NCBI GenBank assembly: GCA_004431415.1
Contig: QPMI01000524.1
Span: 209,572-273,571, forward strand
Length of the DNA: 64,000 nt
Direction: 5' to 3'
Origin: Cyanophora paradoxa CCMP329
Taxonomy: Eukaryota > Plantae > Glaucophyta
Part shown: positions 24,936 to 34,369 of the stretch, piece after piece
Numbering within the stretch: position 1 is the first letter of the stretch
How the letters are laid out: every line of letters begins with the position of its first letter
Position numbers and translations under genes: made by a program
Notes under the pieces: model-generated
Database searches by the model: none
Told to the model about the DNA's origin: nothing
The model's input: only the letters and a program-made list of their open reading frames with translations

Positions 24936-26000
24936 TTATGTAGCACTTACCAGGTAAACCAACAAGATGTGATTGCTTGGAAAGTCAATACTACCTAACA
25001 TACAGTAAATTTGAAGACTGTCTCCCATGGTGAGGGTAATAAGAGCTTCGTAGCACATCTGATTCCTGCTTGATTGACTTGCATATGAAAGAATCTGATT
25101 TGTATTGTTTCCGTTTATTCTTAGTCCAATCTGGGTCAAGGAGGCAGTTGCAGTATTGTCTTCCGTAATTGTAAAATAGACCCTATAAACTCCTGAAACA
25201 GGGGCTGTAAATGTTGCTGGATACAGTTTGTCAAAATGACCCTCATTATTCACAAGATATGTTCCAACTGGAAAAGGAAGTGTTGGGGTGCCGGAACTAA
25301 CACTTGTTCCAAAAATCTGAGCGTTTGCTTGTTGTCCTGAAATACACATTCTTGGGCAATAGCTGCGTTTAAGACCACTGTTTGTTGGAAATGTGATTGC
25401 TTTCAGATCTGTTATTGTCTTTTCGAGAGTGAAAATGATATCTCCGTTTCGTTTATAATTCACATTTGCATCTGTCCCATTATCCATCTCAGGTGCATTA
25501 ACTCTTGTAGTAGCTATTCGAGTAACATAGTTAACATCTCCTGAGAGACCACCATTAAAGGTCATCAATCCTGTGAATACACTTGTCCCACTCACATTTA
25601 ATTGGTTTGCTGTAACAGTTCCTGCTACATTTGCTCCATCTCCAATGTAGGCTCCTCCACTCTTGACTACAAGAGCAGAATTATTACTTGTGTTACCAAA
25701 AGTAACTATCTGAGCTGTGGTAAATCCACCCACATTATCATATATTGCTGAATCGGGGATTACTTGACCTGCTTGAACCTGATTTTTATTGGAGATAATA
25801 ATACCTGTGGTTCTTATCTTGCCTCCATTTCGATCACATCGAATTTCTTTCACTCTCAGTATATTGCCTTCTGTGAAAGAGGTATTGCTTGATGTCTCAG
25901 TGCAAATATTTCCGGGTGTAGAGTCTATTACCTCATGAGAGGTGCTATGAAGTGATTTTGCTGCAAGTTCATAGTTTGGGATTTCTAATAGAGAGGTCAT
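24936..26000 (-). CDS. Fibre-like protein 4 with divergent C1q/TNF-like head
   Basis: N-terminal ~200 aa is closely similar to fibre 3. C-terminal VNNEGHFD...TFTAPVSGVYRVYF...LTMGDSLQIY. Confidence 0.8.
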   Translation of the reverse strand: MTSLLEIPNYELAAKSLHSTSHEVIDSTPGNICTETSSNTSFTEGNILRVKEIRCDRNGGKIRTTGIIISNKNQVQAGQVIPDSAIYDNVGGFTTAQIVTFGNTSNNSALVVKSGGAYIGDGANVAGTVTANQLNVSGTSVFTGLMTFNGGLSGDVNYVTRIATTRVNAPEMDNGTDANVNYKRNGDIIFTLEKTITDLKAITFPTNSGLKRSYCPRMCISGQQANAQIFGTSVSSGTPTLPFPVGTYLVNNEGHFDKLYPATFTAPVSGVYRVYFTITEDNTATASLTQIGLRINGNNTNQILSYASQSSRNQMCYEALITLTMGDSLQIYCMLGSIDFPSNHILLVYLVSAT

Positions 26001-26025
26001 CTTTGTAATAGTGTGAGAATCTTTA

Positions 26026-29000
26026 TTATGCTGATGCTATCCAATGGATTGCAATTTGAAGCCACTGTGGTTGAATGGTTACCCATCCTGCTGCCCAAAT
26101 AACAAGATTGATTGTGGTAGAGGTTGTTGAGTTGCTTGATATTCCTATTTTATAATCGATTTCCACATTTGTTGCAGGTAGTCCCTGCAATGTTACAACA
26201 ACAGATGGAGCAGATGCAAAGGCAGGACTCCAATTTAATGTAATGCTATGGTTTTGCCTTGCTGAACTGCCCCCAATTTGAGGATTCGCAATTGTCATTT
26301 CATGTCTCCCTTTTCTAATCAGGTTATCAAGCATGTATTGAGGAGCCAGCTTAGTAACCTTTGAATTGTCCCGAGGATCCATGACCCACATTTCTCTTGC
26401 ATATGCATTTCCACGAACAAGTAGGGTTTTATCCTGATAGTAAGATATAGAGTTAGTAGAAAGGGTTGAATTGTGGAAATTCCAAATAACAGGAGGATCA
26501 GGCATAATATATGGGTCATAATCGAGAAAGTAACCTGATCCAATGAGAAGGTTTGCATTTGCAGTGATATTATTTGCTGTAAAGGGATCGAGGGTGGGTT
26601 TATTGGTCAGGTCATTGTAGTTGCCCGAAAATAAAGCGGGTTTGTTATAGATATCTGTATTCCAATCATGCGTATGTGCAAAATCTGTAATATCTGCTTT
26701 GACATGAGTGTGTGCAAAATCTGTAATCTCACTCTTGACATGAGTGTGTGCAAAATCTGTAATCTCACTCTTGACATGAGTGTGTGCAAAATCTGTAATC
26801 TGTGACTTTGTGTGAGTGTGTGCGAAATCTGTGATTTCAGATTTAAAATGAGTGTGAGCGAAATTCGTAATATCTGCTCTTGTGTGGGTGTGTGCAAAAT
26901 CTGTTATCTGGGATTTTGTGTGAGTGTGTGCGAAATCTGTGATCTCTGCTCTTGTGTGGGTGTGTGATCTATTATTCAGATCAAGGAAGCTACCTGAATA
27001 TGCAACAGGGTGTAGATTAGATGGGGTGGGTTTATTAATTAGATCATTATAATCTCCTGTGAAAGATATGATTTTCAGTTCACCTCTTCCTACATAATCA
27101 GAGGGAAGATCAATCTTAATGGGCATAATAGCTGGATCATCTGGGATCTCATACTCACCTCCTGGATGAACAACGGGAAAGGTTTGATTACATTCAGTAT
27201 GGACAAAAAAGTTGCATGCCGTTACTGTTCCATCAATAATCCCACCTGTTAGCGGAAGGTAATCCCCTGTCACACCAATATTTAAGCCTCCTATGATTAC
27301 ATTCAGCTCTGTTTCATCTATGTAGTTTTGGGCTTGTAGGTAATCTTCTGTTACAACTCTTGAAATATTCTCATTGTGAATGTTTTTCGCTGAGGCTCTC
27401 TGATTGATTTCTAAGACCCCCTCACCGACTCCACCATTATAATTTGTTTTTATCCATGCGACCTCGCATTGTTTATAATCGTCCCGGTTCCCTAAAAGTG
27501 CATCTGGTAACAGTCTCTCTCTGCTGAATATTAATTTTGGTCTTGATCCATCCAAATCGCTCACATCAGTAACATTAATTTGGATTGCTGCGTTTTTATC
27601 ATCATAGTTTGCCGGATCTGATGGTAAAGATAATAAACCTCCTGTCATTGGGACATCATCGGCGTAGTAGTTGGTTAAGTAAATTCCCGGTTTTGTATCT
27701 TTAATTTCAATACCACCACCAAGTGGTAATATTACATTTCTTGTGGGTGGGCGAATGTATAATTCGCCTTCCATTGTGGTTCCTGCATCTATTCCCCTGC
27801 GATTTACGTAATAATCATTTAATTGTAATCTTTCTTCTATGTTAATATTTCTATAAAGACTTACACCATGTTTAAAATCTGTTAATACATTTCCTGCTGA
27901 TGCAAACGTAGGCTGTTCGTCAATTTCGTCCCAATTATGCCTATGATCTGCTGGTGGAAATTCAGGAGGGAAGTTATCGAGATCTCCCCAATCGTGCCTA
28001 TGCTCTGTGGGTGGGAATCTTTCCGGTTTGTTTAGAATGTCTTCCCATTCGTGTTCGTGGGGATCTGGTGGGAATGTGTCAGGTTTATTAATAATATCCC
28101 TCCAATCTACGGTAAAATCGAAAAATCCCGGTTGTAATCCGTCTGGTAATAACTCTTCATCTGGTATATGTGGCTGTTCGTAATCTATGTTTGGCGGGTC
28201 TAATCCATGTGGTAATAGTTGTTCATCGAAAGGTTCGTAACGATCATACAATATATGGTTAGGATCAAATCCAACCGGCAATTCTTCCACGTTCTCACAT
28301 TCTTTATGTTCAAGAGGTATAACATTAATATCTGGTGCTAAGAGTTCCTCAGCGGGCGGAATGTACTCTGTAAATACCGGTTTGTTTCTTACTTTTTCCC
28401 AACTCACAATGTGTTGACCAAAAGCAAGGTTCTCATCTGCTGTGTATTCTCTACCGGGTTGTTTCTTTGGTGTCAGATCTGGCGGATCCCATGGGAGAGG
28501 AAATGGAACCGGAGTAGGTCCGTAATGCTCTATGATCTCTCTTATGGTCTTTTCACTAACAAGCCGTTCCCCATTTGCATAAACATTACTACCATGAATA
28601 TTTCGCCATTGTCGTGTTCTAATACCAAGGTCTTTCGTATTGGTTACCAAAGGTAAAAGGTGGCGATCCATTTCGACAAGATCGGGGTGTAAATGAATAG
28701 CTACTGGTTGACTGGGGCTACTGTCGACTGTGATCGAATCTTTTTCTTTGGAAGTATCTGGTGGAAGACTGAAACCAAACAGTGCATTAGTGTTTGAATT
28801 GGTGACAATGTCCTGCGGGTAAACATTGTTGGTGTGGCGAATCTGATTCTCTTCACCATGCGGGGCTACCTGTAATATCTTGGGAATTTGTGCTATCGAA
28901 TTTGATCCTTCATTATAGATTCTCAAACCGCTACGATGTACTCCCTTTTCATCCTGGACATTGAAAACCAAACGTCCGCTATCATAACGTGTGGGAATAT

Positions 29001-29301
29001 CGGGATGCGTGCTGCTCGCTTTCAGTTTTCGGGGTTTACTCCGGGTTGCTTTGATTTCAGCGACTTGATTGGCTTTCACATTGCCCAAACTGAATGCAAT
29101 GCTCACATCTTCCTTCTCGGGATCCGTTTGATTCAATGATAAAGCATGTGATCTCGATTGAGTTTTCAAGAGCTTATCTGAGCTGTGGTCAATTGCAATC
29201 GATCCACTCACTTTCATGTTATCAAAATTCACGTGCTTGGAATCTCCACCTCCTCCATTACCTTGTATGGTTTGAAGGTCGTTTGGGTAAAAGAAGCTCA
29301 T
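26026..29301 (-). CDS. Long tail-fibre-like protein (1091 aa) with His-x-His repeats
   Basis: Contains LLP....KDLG....WRNI, W.DI.NKP..FPP..H.H.W repeats, (F/Y)(S/T)G.Y.DL.NKP motifs, eight HTHxK(S/A)xITDFA-type units, and a C-terminal AFASAPSVVVT...IHWIA domain (H-lectin/gp53-like). Confidence 0.8.
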   Translation of the reverse strand: MSFFYPNDLQTIQGNGGGGDSKHVNFDNMKVSGSIAIDHSSDKLLKTQSRSHALSLNQTDPEKEDVSIAFSLGNVKANQVAEIKATRSKPRKLKASSTHPDIPTRYDSGRLVFNVQDEKGVHRSGLRIYNEGSNSIAQIPKILQVAPHGEENQIRHTNNVYPQDIVTNSNTNALFGFSLPPDTSKEKDSITVDSSPSQPVAIHLHPDLVEMDRHLLPLVTNTKDLGIRTRQWRNIHGSNVYANGERLVSEKTIREIIEHYGPTPVPFPLPWDPPDLTPKKQPGREYTADENLAFGQHIVSWEKVRNKPVFTEYIPPAEELLAPDINVIPLEHKECENVEELPVGFDPNHILYDRYEPFDEQLLPHGLDPPNIDYEQPHIPDEELLPDGLQPGFFDFTVDWRDIINKPDTFPPDPHEHEWEDILNKPERFPPTEHRHDWGDLDNFPPEFPPADHRHNWDEIDEQPTFASAGNVLTDFKHGVSLYRNINIEERLQLNDYYVNRRGIDAGTTMEGELYIRPPTRNVILPLGGGIEIKDTKPGIYLTNYYADDVPMTGGLLSLPSDPANYDDKNAAIQINVTDVSDLDGSRPKLIFSRERLLPDALLGNRDDYKQCEVAWIKTNYNGGVGEGVLEINQRASAKNIHNENISRVVTEDYLQAQNYIDETELNVIIGGLNIGVTGDYLPLTGGIIDGTVTACNFFVHTECNQTFPVVHPGGEYEIPDDPAIMPIKIDLPSDYVGRGELKIISFTGDYNDLINKPTPSNLHPVAYSGSFLDLNNRSHTHTRAEITDFAHTHTKSQITDFAHTHTRADITNFAHTHFKSEITDFAHTHTKSQITDFAHTHVKSEITDFAHTHVKSEITDFAHTHVKADITDFAHTHDWNTDIYNKPALFSGNYNDLTNKPTLDPFTANNITANANLLIGSGYFLDYDPYIMPDPPVIWNFHNSTLSTNSISYYQDKTLLVRGNAYAREMWVMDPRDNSKVTKLAPQYMLDNLIRKGRHEMTIANPQIGGSSARQNHSITLNWSPAFASAPSVVVTLQGLPATNVEIDYKIGISSNSTTSTTINLVIWAAGWVTIQPQWLQIAIHWIASA
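26668..26969 (-). repeat. 36-bp coding tandem repeat (8 units plus a partial unit)
   Basis: Period of tgagtgtgtgcaaaatctgtaatctcactcttgaca; encodes AHTHVKSEITDF. Confidence 0.95.
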
Positions 29302-29349
29302 CCCTGTTCATCTACCTATACTGATTTATAAAATTCCTGATAGGTAAAG

Positions 29350-30885
29350 ATGCCCTTAAAAGTAGTACTTAGCCTGTCAGGAGGAGGGGCTCGTGGCATC
29401 ATCATCACAAGGCTGCTAAAAGAAATAGAACAAAGAACAGGCAAGCGGGTAATTGACCTTGTGGATCTTGTAAGTGGAACCTCGACAGGAGGTATTATTG
29501 CAATCGGTCTCAATGTGAAACATCCTGAGTTTCCCAATGAACCCAAGCTAACAGCCTCTGACCTTCACTCTACCTACTTGCTTCAGCTTCCTCTGATCTT
29601 CTCAAACCCTCGCAATATAATTGAGAACGCCCTCTTTAACACAAAGTATGATGTGACTCCCTTAGAATCAGCTATACTCTCAGTAACTGGTGAGGCGACA
29701 ATCGAGGACTCCATAAAGAACGTTGTCATCACGAGCTTTGACACAGTGGCGATGAAGCCCATCTTTGTTACCAATGATAATGCATACAAAACTATGCCAA
29801 GCAAGATAGCGGCTCGATCTACTTCGGCTGCTCCAACCTACTTCTCCCCTGTTAATTACAATGGCATGTGTTTGATCGATGGGGCAATATCAGGAAACAA
29901 CAATCCGAGTGTCTGTGGATACAGTCATGCTAAGCAAATCTTTACTGACGATGATGACATCATAGTAATCAGCATATCCTGTGGTGAGGTGAATGAAACC
30001 GATGCCCCTAATGTGGGGTACTCCTACTCAACAGTAAACGAGTGGGGTATACTCTCTTGGATTGCTTCTACCTCAGGAAGCCCCCTAATTAATATGCTTA
30101 TGGCTGCAAGCGAGCTATCAGCCCTCGATAAAATGCGAGAGTTCCTGCCTCGCTATGATGATCAAGGCTACGAGCGATACTATCGCCTTTCAGTTCCGCT
30201 CCCTAAGGACATTGTGAACTCACTTGATGATACGAGCAAAATACCTGAGATGATCACAGCAACTGAAACATATATCGAAGCCAATAGCACGATGATCCAA
30301 CAGCTTTGTGACTTGCTGGTAGCAAACTACGAAATAAGGAACCCTGCGAAATCGTACATATCCTCTACTTTATCTACTGCACCTCCTCTTGATGCGAACT
30401 GGTATCTACTCAGTGATGATGCATTTACAGCCTCATCATCTCTGATGGGAAAGGAGCCCTCCATGTCGAGACCCTCTTCAACAGGCTGGGAAGCCGGTGC
30501 TTCTGCGCCGGAACAGATATGGGATAGCCCCACAGAGTACTTACAGGTCGCTTTCCCTTATAACTTTGAGTTAGCCTCGATTATAGCTTACGGTTCAGGG
30601 GATGGCAACGCTTTCACCAAGACTTTCAATGTCGCTACATCGACTGATGGCGTCACCTGGTCTTTCATTCGCTATAAAGGTCAGAATCGCCTATTTGTCT
30701 GCGATAACATTAATAACGCAAATAATTCAGGCGACGTAGCATTAGCCTTAGGGTACCCTCTAAGCATCAAAGACGTGTTCTACATAGGCTTCCCTCTGCG
30801 AGTGAGATATATCAGGATTTATCCTTTGGTGTATGTTAATGCGCCTACCCTCCGGGTCGACTTTACAGGTGCCTTCACTCGGTAA
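29350..30885 (+). CDS. Patatin-like phospholipase fused to an F5/8 type C (discoidin) domain
   Basis: Patatin motifs GGGARG, GTSTG, SAAPTYF and DGA. C-terminal TASSS...GW...EYLQV.F...STDGVTW...RYIRIYP...LRVDF.G. Confidence 0.9.
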   Translation: MPLKVVLSLSGGGARGIIITRLLKEIEQRTGKRVIDLVDLVSGTSTGGIIAIGLNVKHPEFPNEPKLTASDLHSTYLLQLPLIFSNPRNIIENALFNTKYDVTPLESAILSVTGEATIEDSIKNVVITSFDTVAMKPIFVTNDNAYKTMPSKIAARSTSAAPTYFSPVNYNGMCLIDGAISGNNNPSVCGYSHAKQIFTDDDDIIVISISCGEVNETDAPNVGYSYSTVNEWGILSWIASTSGSPLINMLMAASELSALDKMREFLPRYDDQGYERYYRLSVPLPKDIVNSLDDTSKIPEMITATETYIEANSTMIQQLCDLLVANYEIRNPAKSYISSTLSTAPPLDANWYLLSDDAFTASSSLMGKEPSMSRPSSTGWEAGASAPEQIWDSPTEYLQVAFPYNFELASIIAYGSGDGNAFTKTFNVATSTDGVTWSFIRYKGQNRLFVCDNINNANNSGDVALALGYPLSIKDVFYIGFPLRVRYIRIYPLVYVNAPTLRVDFTGAFTR

Positions 30886-31806
30886 TTATATGAACTCTAT
30901 CTGGAATGAATTATCGATACCGTTCATATCCACAAGCTCGCCAAAATAGTCTCTGTATTCTATGGTGAGCTCTCTCAGCACAAGGTTTCGGTCGTCGATT
31001 CTCACATACTCACCATGCTCACCATTATAATAAATGTATCCTCCAATGTCCTTGCTCAGCTGGAAGCGAAGTATAGCCCCTTGATTTTGCGGCTGTGACA
31101 TCGGAATCACATTGCGGTTGCTTGCAAAAGGTGAAAGCTCTTTGATGTGCATATACAGATACTGCTCAGCATTCATGTCAGCCATCTTAACTGCATAAGC
31201 CTTGTAGAAAAAAGGCGTTGCTTTCAGTCTTGGAGCTTCAAGTGTGGTTCCCCAATTCGGATGTTTTAAATTCACAGGAGCCCCATTGTAAGTCAAGTAG
31301 TTCTCTGGTGAGTAGAGTGACAGTCCGGTAGCACCAACTATCTGCATAGACTGGATGCTTTGATCTGCACTAAGACCCAACAGCTTAGCCAAACGCTTTG
31401 TTGATGCCCTGACTTCAAAATGCCAATTGGAATAGAACTCCAACATGTAGGTTGTCGGGTTGAAGTAAATCTTGAATGGGAATTCCACCTTTGCACCATT
31501 GATCATCTCATAAAAAATGTAATTGAGACCATAATTAAATGGTCTTGTTACTCCAAAGTGACCTTCATTGATGTAGCCACTTGGAAGCGGATAGTACTCT
31601 TTATTTATAATCCAACCACTTGAATGAGTGAACCTCACATACAAAGCGTCAGTGCCAATGTTGTTGTAGATGCTATTTGGAATTTCAGCATAGAGGATTC
31701 TGCATTCTCTCGGTCTTTCAATGGGTGTGGTAAGGGTGACCTTGTATGAGTTCTCATTTTCCGCTGGGCTTCTGTCTCGACTATCGATGTTCACAAGTTT
31801 CAGCAT
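30886..31806 (-). CDS. Minor capsid (penton, single jelly-roll) protein A
   Basis: NIDSRDR...AEIPNSIYN...YLYMHIKEL...LRELTIEYRDYFGELVDMNGIDNSFQIEF is the NCLDV/PLV penton pattern. Likely ATG at 31806. Confidence 0.85.
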   Translation of the reverse strand: MLKLVNIDSRDRSPAENENSYKVTLTTPIERPRECRILYAEIPNSIYNNIGTDALYVRFTHSSGWIINKEYYPLPSGYINEGHFGVTRPFNYGLNYIFYEMINGAKVEFPFKIYFNPTTYMLEFYSNWHFEVRASTKRLAKLLGLSADQSIQSMQIVGATGLSLYSPENYLTYNGAPVNLKHPNWGTTLEAPRLKATPFFYKAYAVKMADMNAEQYLYMHIKELSPFASNRNVIPMSQPQNQGAILRFQLSKDIGGYIYYNGEHGEYVRIDDRNLVLRELTIEYRDYFGELVDMNGIDNSFQIEFI

Positions 31807-31835
31807 TTTATTATATGGGCATATATAAACAAAAG

Positions 31836-32825
31836 ATGCCTGTCGAATACTTTGAAGTTTCTTCATTCCGGTACGACCCTGTTGATGACACACCAACATC
31901 AAAGTTTGTGGCAAACCTCCCCAAAACTTATGAGAATGTTCGTGCTGTCCGCCTCGTTTCAGCCGAATTCTACAACTCCATCCCTCTCATCAGCGGTGAG
32001 ACAGCTCCGGGAGATGTTACTATTGAAGATGAATTCATTATTAACTACGCGGAGTTTGATAGTTTAACCGGTGATTACGATGCTTGGAACCACATTCGCC
32101 CTGGTGTAGGTTTAGGGAAGAAGAGACCAATTAACACACACGAAGATTTGGCTGTAAGAATTGCTGAGAGATTGGATGCTGCCAACACAGCCATTGGTTG
32201 CAAGTGGAATGCCACTTCTAAAAAGATGATATTCTACTGCAATGTGCCATTCCGGTTGGCTTTTTCGGTTGGCACAAGACCAACCTCAGATGTCATTGAG
32301 AAATCTATCAAACACGGTCGCATACTGGGGCTCGATGCGGGTCGATATGGAAACAGTGTAATAGAGTCCTCGATCTTCAACACATTAACTGATCCTATAT
32401 TCACTGGTGCCTTTGTTCATGGGATAGTTTCTACTTTCCCCACAGCGACATGCAAAGATAATGTCTTGTTTGTCCGAGTTAAAGAGCTGGGCGACATAGT
32501 CGAGTGTGCGGACGGTCTGCTAAGTGGCTACTTTCACAAAATCGTTGTTCCAAACAGCACTGGATTCGCTGAGCATGTCGTTTATAATTCCACAGAAGCG
32601 ACCCCCCTGTACAAGTACTACAACAAGCAAGTAGCCCTGTCTTCATTATCTGTTCAAATAGTCAATGCACAAAATGAGCTGATTGACTTCGAGGGTCAGC
32701 CTATCCATCTGACATTTGAGGTTCGCTATGGTAATGAACCTGCGGGGGATCCTGTTTACGAATACTTCAAAATGCGAATGGCTGAGACGCACCCCTTTTA
32801 TCCTATAATTTCTTCTTTTGGGTAG
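31836..32825 (+). CDS. Minor capsid (penton) protein B
   Basis: F...LPKTYENVRAVRLVSAEFYNS...LFVRVKEL...LSSLSVQIVNAQNELIDFEG..IHLTFEV. Likely ATG at 31836. Confidence 0.85.
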   Translation: MPVEYFEVSSFRYDPVDDTPTSKFVANLPKTYENVRAVRLVSAEFYNSIPLISGETAPGDVTIEDEFIINYAEFDSLTGDYDAWNHIRPGVGLGKKRPINTHEDLAVRIAERLDAANTAIGCKWNATSKKMIFYCNVPFRLAFSVGTRPTSDVIEKSIKHGRILGLDAGRYGNSVIESSIFNTLTDPIFTGAFVHGIVSTFPTATCKDNVLFVRVKELGDIVECADGLLSGYFHKIVVPNSTGFAEHVVYNSTEATPLYKYYNKQVALSSLSVQIVNAQNELIDFEGQPIHLTFEVRYGNEPAGDPVYEYFKMRMAETHPFYPIISSFG

Positions 32826-32879
32826 AATCAAGGATCCTCGGACAATTTTTTTATTGTGTTATAGTAAAAAGCTAAAATC

Positions 32880-34271
32880 ATGGATGTCACTTCAACCCTT
32901 CAACGACTTTCCCTGAAAGAGGCGCTAACGACGCCCGAGGAAGCCAAGGCGTTCTTCCTTGATAACTCTCTCATGCTCGGTCTTGAATCCAAGAGCAAGC
33001 CTGTTCTTGTTAACGTTAGCCCATCGACAACCTACCCCAACAATGTTGGTCAGCGCGTTTCTTTCAAGCTCCCTCGCTACAACTTTGTCGGTAAAATCGA
33101 GCTCGCTTTTGACCTTCAAGAGATTCTGAGTTTCACCGGTGATACTGACCTTGTTCGCAACGGCTACACTCGCCCTGTCGGTTCTCTTGTTGAACGCCTT
33201 GAAATCACTTATGGATCGTTCACCTATCATGTGCCTTCTGATTTCCTGGCGATTTTCCCGCTGGTTTACTACTCGGAGGATCAACTCGCTAAGAAGAAGC
33301 GCTCAATGGGTATGCTTCACGGAATTCCTGCTCACGGCACCAACCGTACAGGTGGGTCTTTCTTCACTGAAATACCGGTGCCCTGGTTGAACCATTACCT
33401 TCCACTCGGCGCGCTTTCCGGTGAGATGGTAGTTACAGTTTGGTTTAAGGGCACCAACAAAGGATATGTTGAGACCTCATATGGTGGTCGTACCCTGAAA
33501 GTTGCGACTGCGACTCCTGCTGATTATACTGCCGATGATGGTCTCGGAACTGCGGCGAGTTCCACGCTTGCGTATGTTGGTCAGAACATTACTGCTGGAT
33601 TAATCTCCGGCTTCACTGTTCCTGATACAGTCGCTCCGGCACCTGAAACTCTGTCGATTAAATCACCACGTCTATACATGCACGCCATCAATGTTTCCGA
33701 TGAACTCTTTGCGACTGTCATTGAGAAGGTCAAGACCACCGGTATGGCAATTCCTGCTCTCGATATTGGGTTCGTTGATGCCGCGAACTTTGCAGCGAAA
33801 GGAAACACTCAACCAAACAAGATTAACCTCAGCCAAATTTCTGGTCTTGTGTATGCTCTGCTTGTATCAGTTCGCGATGCTGCTGGTATCGACACTGCTG
33901 ATGGTTCTCACAGCGTCTTAAAAACTCACGCCAATGCCAAAGACATTACTATGACCTGTGAAATTAACGGTCAGCGTCTTTATTCAACGGAGCCAATCCC
34001 ACTTCTCAAAGGTGCGGAACTCATTGCTGATGTGTTCAAATGCTCGAACATGGACAAGGAAGCCAATCGTTACGTCCTTTCCGGATTTCCATTCTGCGTT
34101 GATGGTGAGAAGGCGATTCGCAACATTGCCCAATCTGGATACGTCGACCTTACGAACTCGTCCTCTTCGTACCTCACCCTCTACCTTCCTTCTGATCGCA
34201 CTATTACAGTTAATGTTCGTGCTCTCATGCACTCGTTTATCATTGTCAATCTATGGCGAATCAATCTATGA
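32880..34271 (+). CDS. Double-jelly-roll major capsid protein
   Basis: 463 aa. GQRVSFKLPR, LVERLEITYG, EIPVPW..YLPLGAL..EMVVTVWF, INGQRL and QSGYVDLT follow the order of NCLDV/PLV MCP motifs. It lies between the pentons and the ATPase. Confidence 0.85.
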   Translation: MDVTSTLQRLSLKEALTTPEEAKAFFLDNSLMLGLESKSKPVLVNVSPSTTYPNNVGQRVSFKLPRYNFVGKIELAFDLQEILSFTGDTDLVRNGYTRPVGSLVERLEITYGSFTYHVPSDFLAIFPLVYYSEDQLAKKKRSMGMLHGIPAHGTNRTGGSFFTEIPVPWLNHYLPLGALSGEMVVTVWFKGTNKGYVETSYGGRTLKVATATPADYTADDGLGTAASSTLAYVGQNITAGLISGFTVPDTVAPAPETLSIKSPRLYMHAINVSDELFATVIEKVKTTGMAIPALDIGFVDAANFAAKGNTQPNKINLSQISGLVYALLVSVRDAAGIDTADGSHSVLKTHANAKDITMTCEINGQRLYSTEPIPLLKGAELIADVFKCSNMDKEANRYVLSGFPFCVDGEKAIRNIAQSGYVDLTNSSSSYLTLYLPSDRTITVNVRALMHSFIIVNLWRINL

Positions 34272-34302
34272 TCATAAATGTATGTTTTTATTACCTAAAT
34301 CT

Positions 34303-34313
34303 GCAAAAAATGA
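34303..34313 (+). promoter_or_regulatory. Putative early promoter motif GCAAAAAATGA (also at 37826, 38347, 42570)
   Basis: Exact 11-mer found four times, always intergenic, on the coding strand, 51-142 nt before an ATG. Confidence 0.7.
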
Positions 34314-34369
34314 TTCCTTTTTTATCATCGATTTCTATTTAAAGGTAAGGTGTATAGGGTTAAATAACA

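Noticed and set aside
21863-26000. Diversity-generating retroelement or invertase shufflon acting on the fibres
   Set aside because: No reverse transcriptase, no TR/VR pair with adenine-specific differences, and no invertase or inverted cassettes were seen.
26668-26969. 36-bp periodic array as CRISPR
   Set aside because: There are no unique spacers. It is an in-frame coding repeat, and no cas genes are present.
34247-34271. TCAATCTATG duplication as a frameshift at the MCP 3' end
   Set aside because: The alternative frames give no better stop, and the MCP length is already normal.
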